IMG/VR virus record: IMGVR_UViG_3300027759_000003
Coordinates: 1-64,000 of that record
Direction: 5' to 3' (one strand)
DNA from: a virus
DNA length: 64,000 nucleotides
Position 1 is the first letter of the stretch, and every line of letters begins with the position of its first letter. The notes below the pieces were generated by a model. The model saw nothing but the letters and a program-made list of their open reading frames with translations, had not been told where the DNA came from and made no database searches. A program made the position numbers and the translations under genes. Below are positions 47,365-55,165 of this stretch, in pieces.

Positions 47365-49971
47365 TTGACTAACCTTAAACGAAGACTAGTATTAGCCTTT
47401 GGGGTAGGGTTGTGTTTAACAATTTTTGGGATAATGGCTCCTGATCGTGCCCATGCTACAGAAAATCAAGAACAAGTTGTTGTAAGTCCCGCTCAACAAG
47501 CAGTTAATACAGCCCTTGCAACAGCCACTACAGAGGTTCAACAGGCTATTACAGCCACAGATACTGCCACTGCCACCATAGCCGTAGCAGTTTCTGAAAG
47601 AGTAGAGGCTCAGGCAGCGGTAGATACAGTAACAGCCACAATAGCAGTAGCACAATCAAATGTAGCCTTAGTAGACACAGCAACAGCCACAATTAGTTCT
47701 GTAGATTTATCTGTTACACCAATAGATCAAAGTTCTCAAATAGTTATAGATGCAAAAAATACAATTACAACAGCACAAACCTCCATAAATAATATTGACA
47801 CATTAACTGCACAGGTACAAATATCTGAAGCCGTTGCAGCAAAAACAACAGCAACAACAGCACAAGCCACCGCACAAACCGAACTAACTCAAGCCAACAT
47901 TGCAATTGATAATGCTCAAACAGCAGTAAATAATTTACAAGCCACCATTGGAACTAGCACTAATGTTCTTGCTGGCGTAGACGATGCTGGCGTTAAAATG
48001 AATCTTCCATTCGGAATGCAAATGGGTGGAACTTTATATAACAATGTATTTGTTGGGTCTAATGCAACCATAACATTTGGTGTTAACGAAGGTCCTAATT
48101 ATTATTCTACTCCAAGTGCACCATCCGTATCTATTGCTGGCTGGGACTGGACAACTTGGAGCACAGGAACTGGAATTACATATGCAACTACTGGAACAAG
48201 TTTAGATATTGCATGGGACCTTCGCCCTTATCCACAACAAGATGCTTCAACACAAATGGTTCAAGTAAGATTTAATGCTGATGTGAATCCCAATGATGGT
48301 GCTTGGATGGCAACTGTTAGTGCTAATGGACCAATACCTAATGGAGCAAGATTTAATTATAGAGAAACTACAAATGGAAATGTAAATAATATTGAGGATA
48401 TAAATTCTGGGTCAGGATTCAACGGACAAATAAGTCAAGGTGCAGCATTTACTCCATATGTAGACCCAAATACTTCAACAATTCAAGCAGCAGTAGATTC
48501 TGCAAATGCTACAATTGCACAGTTAAACTCAAGTCTTACTCCAGTAGTTGCTCAAAATACTACAAACACATCAGCAATAAATGCTATTAATACAACATCT
48601 TTAACTAATGCCGTAAACTCAGCGGTATCTAGTAAAACAAACTTACAAACACAATTAAATACAAATGCTCAAGAGTTAATTACAGCAATTAATACTCATA
48701 TTCCTACTCCAGCCCCAGTGTTATCAGAACCAGTAATTGAAGGAACGACAGTTGTTATTACGCCTGAATTGCCAGAAGGATACACAGCCAATACTTGGTT
48801 TTATCAAGTAATAACGAATGATCCAGATGCAGAAAACCCATATGAAGGTGGAACATATAATACAACTGGTGCTCCAGAATCTATTGAATTAACTGGTTTG
48901 ACAGAAGGCTCTACCTATACTGTTAGAGTTGCTAACTGGTCTGGACCTGTAAGTGAGTATACAGAGGTTGTTATTTCTATACCCGCACCAGAAGAAATTA
49001 TTATAGCCCCAGCCCCAGAGCCAGTTTTTATTTATGCGCCTGAACAAACCTTACCAGACGAGACCATTCCAACTGAAGAGGAGAATACAGAAACAGAAGA
49101 GATTCCTGTAGAGGAAATTCCTGTGGAAGAAATCCCTGTTGAAGAAGTGCCTTCTGAAGAAACTGAATCTCCCGAAACGGATACACCTGAATTTGATGAA
49201 TCTTCATCCAACGATGAACTAGAAAATATTCTTGAAGAAAATCAGGATTTTTTTGAAGAAATAGCACAAGATAATGATACCTTATCTGTAGAACAAATAC
49301 AAGACATAGTTAGTGATTTAGTTGCAGATAGTGGTTTAAATGCATCTGAAGTTGCAGAAGTATTAGAGGCAATTGCTCAGGGCGGAGAGGTATCTGAAGA
49401 AGTTGCTGCAGAAGTTTCATCTGTATTATCAGAGGGCGGACTAACAGAATCAGAAGCAGATTTTATTACAGAAATGCTTTCTGCAGATGGAGAAATAACA
49501 ACTGCAGAAGTTGTTAATTTGTCAGAGGCATTAAACGAAGACGGTAAGTTTACTTTAGTAGAAAAAGATTTAGTTGCAGACGTATTAGTATCATCAGCAG
49601 AGGGAGCACCAGTAACTGCTGCAAACATAGAATCGGCGGGACTTGAATATCGTGATCTTCCTCCTACAATTCCAGTAGAAGTAAGAGAAGATGCTAGCGG
49701 TAACCCTGTGGTTATTACTGCAGAGGTGGCTTCAGCATTGCTTGTATTAGAAAGTCCAGCAGCATTATTAGATGCGGTTGCTACTTGTTTTAATCCAGAT
49801 GAAGCAATTGAAGGTTTGACAGAAGAGCAAAAATGTGAGTTAGGTAAAGCCTTACTCAGCATGGGTGCTGACATGTCTATACCAGAACGTGAAAAAGCAG
49901 AAGATATTGTAGTTGTAACAATTATTGCTGGTCAATTAATTGTTGCTACTGCACCTAGAAGAAGGAGATAA
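47365..49971 (+). CDS. Large secreted, C-terminally anchored surface protein (coiled coil, NIDO-like domain, FN3, acidic stalk)
   Basis: Signal peptide ending AHA; A/T/Q heptads; DDAGVKMNLPFGMQMGG..VGSNATITFG (nidogen-like); LTGLTEGSTYTVRVAN (FN3); EEIPV repeats; hydrophobic tail plus RRRR. Confidence 0.75.
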   Translation: MTNLKRRLVLAFGVGLCLTIFGIMAPDRAHATENQEQVVVSPAQQAVNTALATATTEVQQAITATDTATATIAVAVSERVEAQAAVDTVTATIAVAQSNVALVDTATATISSVDLSVTPIDQSSQIVIDAKNTITTAQTSINNIDTLTAQVQISEAVAAKTTATTAQATAQTELTQANIAIDNAQTAVNNLQATIGTSTNVLAGVDDAGVKMNLPFGMQMGGTLYNNVFVGSNATITFGVNEGPNYYSTPSAPSVSIAGWDWTTWSTGTGITYATTGTSLDIAWDLRPYPQQDASTQMVQVRFNADVNPNDGAWMATVSANGPIPNGARFNYRETTNGNVNNIEDINSGSGFNGQISQGAAFTPYVDPNTSTIQAAVDSANATIAQLNSSLTPVVAQNTTNTSAINAINTTSLTNAVNSAVSSKTNLQTQLNTNAQELITAINTHIPTPAPVLSEPVIEGTTVVITPELPEGYTANTWFYQVITNDPDAENPYEGGTYNTTGAPESIELTGLTEGSTYTVRVANWSGPVSEYTEVVISIPAPEEIIIAPAPEPVFIYAPEQTLPDETIPTEEENTETEEIPVEEIPVEEIPVEEVPSEETESPETDTPEFDESSSNDELENILEENQDFFEEIAQDNDTLSVEQIQDIVSDLVADSGLNASEVAEVLEAIAQGGEVSEEVAAEVSSVLSEGGLTESEADFITEMLSADGEITTAEVVNLSEALNEDGKFTLVEKDLVADVLVSSAEGAPVTAANIESAGLEYRDLPPTIPVEVREDASGNPVVITAEVASALLVLESPAALLDAVATCFNPDEAIEGLTEEQKCELGKALLSMGADMSIPEREKAEDIVVVTIIAGQLIVATAPRRRR

Positions 49972-49972
49972 A

Positions 49973-50149
49973 ATGAAAAAGTTAAAACAATGGGGTATGG
50001 CAGCCCTAAATGAGAACTTTACATTCCTGGGCTTCTTTGTAGCATGGGTGGTTTTAGAGGGCAGCGCAAAGACGGTAGTAGGGTATGTAACCCTAGCATC
50101 GGTAGCCATATGGTTTGCAACCATAGGAATTCGTAAAGAAGACGAATAA
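49973..50149 (+). CDS. Small two-helix membrane protein
   Basis: FTFLGFFVAWVVLEGSAKTVVGYVTLASVAIWF; SD AGGAG; starts 1 nt after the upstream stop. Confidence 0.75.
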   Translation: MKKLKQWGMAALNENFTFLGFFVAWVVLEGSAKTVVGYVTLASVAIWFATIGIRKEDE

Positions 50150-50152
50150 GTT

Positions 50153-50161
50153 TGATATAAT
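50153..50161 (+). promoter_or_regulatory. Extended -10 promoter (TGATATAAT), leaderless
   Basis: ATG 50168 lies 6 nt after the hexamer. Confidence 0.65.
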
Positions 50162-50167
50162 GGGAGT

Positions 50168-50374
50168 ATGTTAAAATTACGCATACTCCTACTATCAAGC
50201 ATCCTAGCATTAGGATTGTCTGGTTGTGGATATGATGGTCACTATAGATACCCATGCCAAAACCCAACAAACTGGGAATCAGCAGAATGCAAACCACCAA
50301 TTTGTACTGCTAACGGAGCATGTCCAGAAGACTTAACACAACTAGAAAAGGTGGAGGGAACACAGAATGGCTAA
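50168..50374 (+). CDS. Small Cys/Pro-rich lipoprotein
   Basis: Lipobox LSGC after a hydrophobic core; four further Cys. Confidence 0.8.
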   Translation: MLKLRILLLSSILALGLSGCGYDGHYRYPCQNPTNWESAECKPPICTANGACPEDLTQLEKVEGTQNG

Positions 50375-50774
50375 AGAAAGATTAACTCCTCAAGAGTTAG
50401 ATGCAAGATTAAAGTTTATCCTAGGAATTACTTTAGGATCAATTTTATTTATAACTGCAACAGGAATTATGTATGCTCTTATATTTGTTACACAACCGAT
50501 TACAGGACAATCAGAAAACGATAAAATGTTTTTTAACGTTCTTGGTAGCGTAGCAACATTTATTACAGGAACACTTGCTGGTCTTCTTATAGGATCATCT
50601 GGCGCTAAAGATGTTATGGCAGCACAGATTGCAAACAAAGAGGTTGATGCCAAAAATACAATGGCAGATAAAAAACTTGAATCAGAAATTGATGATGCTA
50701 AAGCACGTAGACTAAACAAGCCTGATGGAGCAATGCCAGAGGAACAACCTGTTGACGCAAATTGGGATAAATAA
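50367..50774 (+). CDS. Two-TM membrane protein with charged C-terminal tail (holin/spanin-like)
   Basis: Two hydrophobic helices; overlaps the lipoprotein gene; directly upstream of the endolysin. Confidence 0.65.
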   Translation: MAKERLTPQELDARLKFILGITLGSILFITATGIMYALIFVTQPITGQSENDKMFFNVLGSVATFITGTLAGLLIGSSGAKDVMAAQIANKEVDAKNTMADKKLESEIDDAKARRLNKPDGAMPEEQPVDANWDK

Positions 50775-50776
50775 TA

Positions 50777-51352
50777 ATGGCGGAGCAAGGTACAGCAGCC
50801 CGTCTTATTGAAGTTGCTACTGCAGAAGTAGGAACTGTTGAAGGTCCTAAAGATAATGAAACCAAGTATGGTAAGTTTACTAAAGCAGACTTCCAACCAT
50901 GGTGCGGATCATTTGTTAATTGGTGTGGCAATGAGGCTGGAGTAAAAATTCCAAATACCGTCTATACTCCTGGTGGCGCACAAGCATTTAAAAAAGCAAA
51001 CTCATGGATTGACGGAGACTTAGCAGATCCAGAGCCAGGAGACATTGCATACTTTGATTTTCCATCTGACGGGGTAGATAGAATTAGTCACGTAGCAATA
51101 GTAGTAGCAGACAATGGGGATGGAACAGTTTGGTGTGTTGAAGGTAACACTTCTGGAGATCCTAAAGGTAGCCAACGTAATGGTGGAGAGGTTTGTAAAA
51201 AACTTCGTGCTTTTAAGAAAAATAAAAAAGGAATTATGGTTTCTATTGTAGGGTTTGGCAGACCTAAGTTTGGCTCTGCGCCTGCAGGTACTGCTAAAAA
51301 GGCTGCGGCTAAGCCTAAAACATGCTCAGCATGTGGTCAAATCATTAAATAA
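50777..51352 (+). CDS. Endolysin, CHAP-domain amidase/peptidase
   Basis: PWCGSFVNWC (catalytic Cys), PGDIAYF, SHVAIV (His), VEGNTS. Confidence 0.9.
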   Translation: MAEQGTAARLIEVATAEVGTVEGPKDNETKYGKFTKADFQPWCGSFVNWCGNEAGVKIPNTVYTPGGAQAFKKANSWIDGDLADPEPGDIAYFDFPSDGVDRISHVAIVVADNGDGTVWCVEGNTSGDPKGSQRNGGEVCKKLRAFKKNKKGIMVSIVGFGRPKFGSAPAGTAKKAAAKPKTCSACGQIIK

Positions 51353-51358
51353 AGGTGT

Positions 51359-51387
51359 TTGACTAAGCAATAATCATTTGCTATACT
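51359..51387 (+). promoter_or_regulatory. SigA-type promoter TTGACT-17-(TGC)TATACT
   Basis: -35, extended -10 and 17-nt spacer, intergenic. Confidence 0.8.
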
Positions 51388-51417
51388 TAAAGGGTATACT
51401 CTGAGGGGATTTTCTAT

Positions 51418-51942
51418 ATGACAGTCTTGGCTGTAGTTCGTCATGAAAATAAAATCTACATGGCTGGTGATCGTGGTGCCTCAGACGATAACACCATCCT
51501 TTCATTAACCTCTCCAAAAGTTTGGAAACTTGGTCCATATTTAATTGGATATGCTGGAGCGCTAGATGGTGAACGTATTCGTTATAATTTTAATCCATAT
51601 GTTCCAGATATAAAAGATTTAGATAAGTTTATGCAAACTAAGTTTATTAAACAACTTAGAGATTTTTATAATAACTGGTGGGTAGATACTACTAAAGAAG
51701 GTGATTTAGGTCTTATTATTTGTGTTAAAGGTCAAATATATGAACACAATGCTATTGATATGTCTTTATCTAAATATAATTTAGATTATTTAGCAATGGG
51801 TTCAGGTGCAGAATACGCTTACGGATATTTAAATGCTACAGAAAAATCTAAGGATCCTCGCAAAAGAGTTGTTGGAGCGGTAAATGCAGCAATAAAATTT
51901 AGTCCATCTTGCATGGGTCCAGTTGACGTGGTAAACATTTAA
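51418..51942 (+). CDS. Ntn-hydrolase, proteasome-beta/HslV-like threonine protease
   Basis: N-terminal M-T nucleophile, MAGDR, PKV, IGYAG, AMGSG, AVNAAIKFSPSCMGPV. Confidence 0.8.
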   Translation: MTVLAVVRHENKIYMAGDRGASDDNTILSLTSPKVWKLGPYLIGYAGALDGERIRYNFNPYVPDIKDLDKFMQTKFIKQLRDFYNNWWVDTTKEGDLGLIICVKGQIYEHNAIDMSLSKYNLDYLAMGSGAEYAYGYLNATEKSKDPRKRVVGAVNAAIKFSPSCMGPVDVVNI

Positions 51943-51951
51943 GGGTATAAT
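51923..51951 (+). promoter_or_regulatory. SigA-type promoter TTGACG-17-TATAAT, leaderless
   Basis: ATG 51958 is 6 nt after the -10. Confidence 0.8.
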
Positions 51952-51957
51952 TTATAT

Positions 51958-52176
51958 ATGGCAAACTTTGACGATATATTAAAAGATTTACAAGATGAGT
52001 CATCAAGTCTTGATGAGTTTGAGATTTGGTTAACTAACGGAATTGAGCGGGGCTGGGTAACAGAACCGTTTTGCAACACTCATGAAGGAGATCCTTATAT
52101 GAGTGATGAAGAAGCACAAGAATGGGAAGAGGGCGGAGACCCTTGTCAAGTAGTAATTAAAATAAATAACAACTAA
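51958..52176 (+). CDS. Small acidic protein
   Basis: Strongly Asp/Glu-rich 72 aa with FCNTH and DPC. Confidence 0.75.
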   Translation: MANFDDILKDLQDESSSLDEFEIWLTNGIERGWVTEPFCNTHEGDPYMSDEEAQEWEEGGDPCQVVIKINNN

Positions 52177-52189
52177 TAAAAGGGGTAAA

Positions 52190-53191
52190 ATGAAAAAAAT
52201 AGTGGTGGGAATTATAACTGTATTAGGTTTAACATTAATTCAATCACCTGCACATGCAGAGGTTTGTTCTACTGGAACTATTACCGTTTCTGGTATTAAT
52301 ACTTTTGGTCAACTTCCATGTACAGATCCTGGAACTGAGATTAATGTAACCGTTCGTGGTTTACATGATTATGGAGTTTCTGGTGGATTAACTGCCTATT
52401 GCTCATTTAATTACGTAAGGAGAAATTTAGGTACAGTTGAAAAACCTAATTGGTCAGCATCTACAAATACTGTTTGTGATCCAAAACCAACTCCTCCTGC
52501 ACCAACTCCTACGCCAGTGCCTACGCCAACTCCTACGCCAGTGCCTACGCCAACTCCTACGCCAGTGCCTACGCCAGTGCCAAGTGTTGAAACTAGGACG
52601 GTATCAACAGGTACATCGTCAACTTCATCAACAACTACAACTAATAACAATACAACAACCAATCAATTAAATGGTTATGCAGTAGTACATCCTACTGGAT
52701 ATGTATGTGGAGTTATTGTTGGTGGCTCATACTTTGCAGGAAATGATAAAACTATGACATCAGAGTATATGGGTTGTCCAGTAGGTAGTAAAATAATTTC
52801 ACAAACAAACGCATCTCCAGAAGGAAATGTTGCTGGATGGCATGGTCAAAATGTAACATATAATCAAAATCAATTTGCAATCAAAAATGATTCTGGAACT
52901 GTTACAACTACTATTCAAAATGGAGTAGCAACAGATTTGAACGGTAGAACTTGGGATACTGGTTCAGGTGCTTGTATTAGTCAATGTACTACAACAAGTA
53001 TTTCTGATACAACTACTGCAACTACTGATACTTCAACTGCTCAGTTAAGATCTTTTAATGCGGGTGAAGTTATTACTACAGAAAGTAAAGTTTTAGCACT
53101 TATTAAAAGTTATTTAGCAAATAATTCTTATAGTTCTGTATTAAATAGGCTTGGTAGAATTACAAGACAAATAGGTAATTTGTTCTTGTAA
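52190..53191 (+). CDS. Secreted Thr/Pro-rich, Cys-containing protein
   Basis: Signal peptide ending AHA; PT-repeat linker; several Cys pairs; amphipathic C-terminal helix. Confidence 0.75.
   Translation: MKKIVVGIITVLGLTLIQSPAHAEVCSTGTITVSGINTFGQLPCTDPGTEINVTVRGLHDYGVSGGLTAYCSFNYVRRNLGTVEKPNWSASTNTVCDPKPTPPAPTPTPVPTPTPTPVPTPTPTPVPTPVPSVETRTVSTGTSSTSSTTTTNNNTTTNQLNGYAVVHPTGYVCGVIVGGSYFAGNDKTMTSEYMGCPVGSKIISQTNASPEGNVAGWHGQNVTYNQNQFAIKNDSGTVTTTIQNGVATDLNGRTWDTGSGACISQCTTTSISDTTTATTDTSTAQLRSFNAGEVITTESKVLALIKSYLANNSYSSVLNRLGRITRQIGNLFL
52502..52582 (+). repeat. 3 exact copies of 24-bp unit CCAACTCCTACGCCAGTGCCTACG (PTPTPVPT linker) plus partial copy
   Basis: Copies at 52502, 52526 and 52550. 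Confidence 0.95.
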
Positions 53192-53198
53192 TAGGCTT

Positions 53199-53274
53199 TG
53201 GGTTGTAACTCAGTTGGCAGAGTGAGGAACTGTTAATTCCTAAGTCGTAGGTTCGAATCCTACCAACCCAGCCA
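53199..53274 (+). tRNA. tRNA-Asn (GTT), encoded CCA
   Basis: TGGGTTG/CAACCCA acceptor, AGGAA-CTGTTAA-TTCCT anticodon arm, GTAGG-TTCGAAT-CCTAC T arm. Confidence 0.95.
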
Positions 53275-53275
53275 A

Positions 53276-53346
53276 GCGAATATTGCATAGTGGTAGTGCG
53301 TAACCTTGCCAAGGTTAATGTGCGAGTTCGATTCTCGCTATTCGCT
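53276..53346 (+). tRNA. tRNA-Gly (GCC)
   Basis: GCGAATA/TATTCGC acceptor, TAACC-TTGCCAA-GGTTA, GCGAG-TTCGATT-CTCGC. Confidence 0.95.
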
Positions 53347-53350
53347 CTCT

Positions 53351-53422
53351 GTCCCTATCGTCTAGTGGTTAGGACAACACCCTTTCACGGTGTAAACGAG
53401 AGTTCAATTCTCTCTAGGGATA
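53351..53422 (+). tRNA. tRNA-Glu (TTC)
   Basis: GTCCCTA/TAGGGAT acceptor, ACACC-CTTTCAC-GGTGT, GAGAG-TTCAATT-CTCTC. Confidence 0.93.
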
Positions 53423-53423
53423 C

Positions 53424-53495
53424 GCCTCCTTAACTCAGGGGTAGAGTACCCGCCTTGTAAGCGGGTTGTCGTAGGTTCAAATCCTACAGGAGGCT
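53424..53495 (+). tRNA. tRNA-Thr (TGT)
   Basis: GCCTCCT/AGGAGGC acceptor, CCCGC-CTTGTAA-GCGGG, GTAGG-TTCAAAT-CCTAC. Confidence 0.95.
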
Positions 53496-53502
53496 CAATA
53501 AA

Positions 53503-53511
53503 TGGTATAAT
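53503..53511 (+). promoter_or_regulatory. Extended -10 promoter (TGGTATAAT) for hsp20
   Basis: Consensus match immediately after the tRNA cluster. Confidence 0.7.
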
Positions 53512-53516
53512 AGGAT

Positions 53517-53563
53517 TGTATCTGCCTACGGGGGATACATAAACTAACTCGCTGAAAAGGAGA
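53517..53563 (+). promoter_or_regulatory. Structured 5' leader of hsp20 (cUACGg-capped hairpin + CTCGCTGAAAAGGAG)
   Basis: TGTATC/GATACA stem topped by CC-TACG-GG at the predicted transcript start. Confidence 0.5.
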
Positions 53564-53567
53564 AAAA

Positions 53568-53987
53568 ATGGTAAGTTCGTTTGCATTGGATCTTTTTAAG
53601 GATCCATTTTTTATTGGTTTCAATCGTGAATTGGACCGTTTAAGTACAGTACACAATCTAGCAACTCGTCAGGCATATCCGCCATACGATATCTTAAAAT
53701 TAGACGAAGATACATACAGATTATCTTTGGCTGTTGCTGGATTTTCAAAAACAGATATTAATGTTTCAGTAGATAATGGAACATTAATAATTAAAGGTGA
53801 AATAGTAGAAGTAACAGATGCTGAAGTTGTTCATAAGGGAATCGCTGCTCGTAAATTTACTCGCACATTTGCTCTTGGTGAATACATGGAAGTATCTAGT
53901 GCTGAACTTAAGGATGGCATGCTTACAGTTAATATTGTTCGTATTGTTCCTGAAGACAAGAAACCTAAAGTAATTAAAATAAAATAA
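53568..53987 (+). CDS. Small heat-shock protein (Hsp20/IbpA family)
   Basis: YPPYDI, LAVAGF, HKGIAARKFTRTF, AELKDGML, PEDKKPKVIKI. Confidence 0.95.
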   Translation: MVSSFALDLFKDPFFIGFNRELDRLSTVHNLATRQAYPPYDILKLDEDTYRLSLAVAGFSKTDINVSVDNGTLIIKGEIVEVTDAEVVHKGIAARKFTRTFALGEYMEVSSAELKDGMLTVNIVRIVPEDKKPKVIKIK

Positions 53988-53991
53988 ATAA

Positions 53992-54020
53992 ACAACCTAG
54001 GCATGTTGTAAAACTGCCTA
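53992..54020 (+). ncRNA. Candidate H-type RNA pseudoknot 3' of hsp20
   Basis: P1 ACAAC/GTTGT; loop CTAGGCAT pairs via TAGGCA with downstream TGCCTA; A-rich linker. Confidence 0.5.
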
Positions 54021-54025
54021 TTATT

Positions 54026-54034
54026 TGATATACT
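54026..54034 (+). promoter_or_regulatory. Extended -10 promoter (TGATATACT)
   Basis: TTGTAA lies 17 nt upstream of the hexamer; SD AGGAG before 54058. Confidence 0.6.
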
Positions 54035-54057
54035 TAGATATAACTATAGGAGAATTA

Positions 54058-54231
54058 ATGCCAAGATATGATTACAAATGCTCTGTTTGTTCTTCACAAA
54101 TTGAGTTTGAAAAAAAATTTGATGAAGAAAAATATCCAGTATGCTGTAATCAATCTATGCAAAGACTTTGGAGTGCTCCTACTGCAATTTTTAACGGTAG
54201 TGGATTTTATTCAACAGACAATAGAAAGTAG
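54058..54231 (+). CDS. FmdB-family zinc-ribbon protein
   Basis: MPRYDYKCSVC...PVCC...FNGSGFYSTD. Confidence 0.85.
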   Translation: MPRYDYKCSVCSSQIEFEKKFDEEKYPVCCNQSMQRLWSAPTAIFNGSGFYSTDNRK

Positions 54232-54246
54232 CGATATAATAGTACT

Positions 54247-54504
54247 ATGACAAACATATTAAAAGATCATCCAAGCGTAAAGCCAAAACAATGGGTTTTA
54301 GATGCAAAAGATCGTTGTGATACATGCCAAGCACAAGCCTTAGTCAAAGTCAAAGGGGCTTCTGGAGAATTAATGTTTTGTAGTCATCACTACGATAAGA
54401 TAATGAATAACTCTGAGTCATATGCAAAGATGATGTCTTTCATGTTAGAGGTTCTTGATGAGCGTGAAAAGTTAGTTGAAAATAGAGCGATTGGGGCAGT
54501 GTAA
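54247..54504 (+). CDS. Actinobacterial-type small Zn-binding protein
   Basis: DRCDTC..ELMFCSHH; leaderless (TATAAT 6 nt upstream). Confidence 0.7.
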   Translation: MTNILKDHPSVKPKQWVLDAKDRCDTCQAQALVKVKGASGELMFCSHHYDKIMNNSESYAKMMSFMLEVLDEREKLVENRAIGAV

Positions 54505-54911
54505 TGTATGAGTATTTTGTTAGAGAAGTAAAAAGTGTTGTTGATGGAGATACCATTGACGTAATTATTGATTTAGGGTTTGATATTTTATTTTCATCCC
54601 GTGTTCGTTTGGCTGGCATCGATACGCCAGAGTCACGTACAACAGACAAGGCTGAAAAGGCTCTTGGTCTTGAGGCTAAAGAATATTTAAAGAAACAGTT
54701 AAAGGATGCTAAGTCAGTTGTTATTCGTACAGAAAAAATGAATTCTTCTGAAAAATATGGACGTATTCTTGGTTGGATATATATTAATGGAGAATCAGAG
54801 TCTATTAATAATAAAATGATTAATGATGGATATGCTTGGGGATACCTTGGCGAAACCAAAATTAAAGATTTTGAAGTATTAAAAAAGGCTAGAGTAAAGT
54901 CTGGCAAATGA
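54504..54911 (+). CDS. Thermonuclease (SNase-like)
   Basis: VVDGDT, RLAGIDTPE, KYGRILG, GYA. Confidence 0.9.
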   Translation: MYEYFVREVKSVVDGDTIDVIIDLGFDILFSSRVRLAGIDTPESRTTDKAEKALGLEAKEYLKKQLKDAKSVVIRTEKMNSSEKYGRILGWIYINGESESINNKMINDGYAWGYLGETKIKDFEVLKKARVKSGK

Positions 54912-55165
54912 AATCAATACTTTACTTTACGGCAGACTGGTGTCAGCCTTGTAAGAAAGTAAAGCCAATTGTTGAAGAATTAAATAGAGAATATTTTCCT
55001 GGTATTTTTCAAATAGTTGATGTAGATATAGAAAGTGAAATGGCTAAAACTTTTGAAATTCGTTCTGTGCCAACATTTATTTTATTTAAAGACGGTAAAG
55101 AAATTAATAAAATAATTGGATCACAGACCAAACAATCATTATTGGAGTTTATTGGAAATGAATAA
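54908..55165 (+). CDS. Thioredoxin
   Basis: FTADWCQPCK and IRSVPTF. Confidence 0.93.
   Translation: MKSILYFTADWCQPCKKVKPIVEELNREYFPGIFQIVDVDIESEMAKTFEIRSVPTFILFKDGKEINKIIGSQTKQSLLEFIGNE

Noticed and set aside
52502-52582. 24-bp direct repeats as a possible mini-CRISPR (Cas4-like gene present)
   Set aside because: Units are contiguous with no spacers and encode an in-frame Pro-Thr linker.
53404-53586. 60-aa minus-strand ORF (PPVGFEPTT)
   Set aside because: Antisense translation of tRNA-Thr, a classic artefact.
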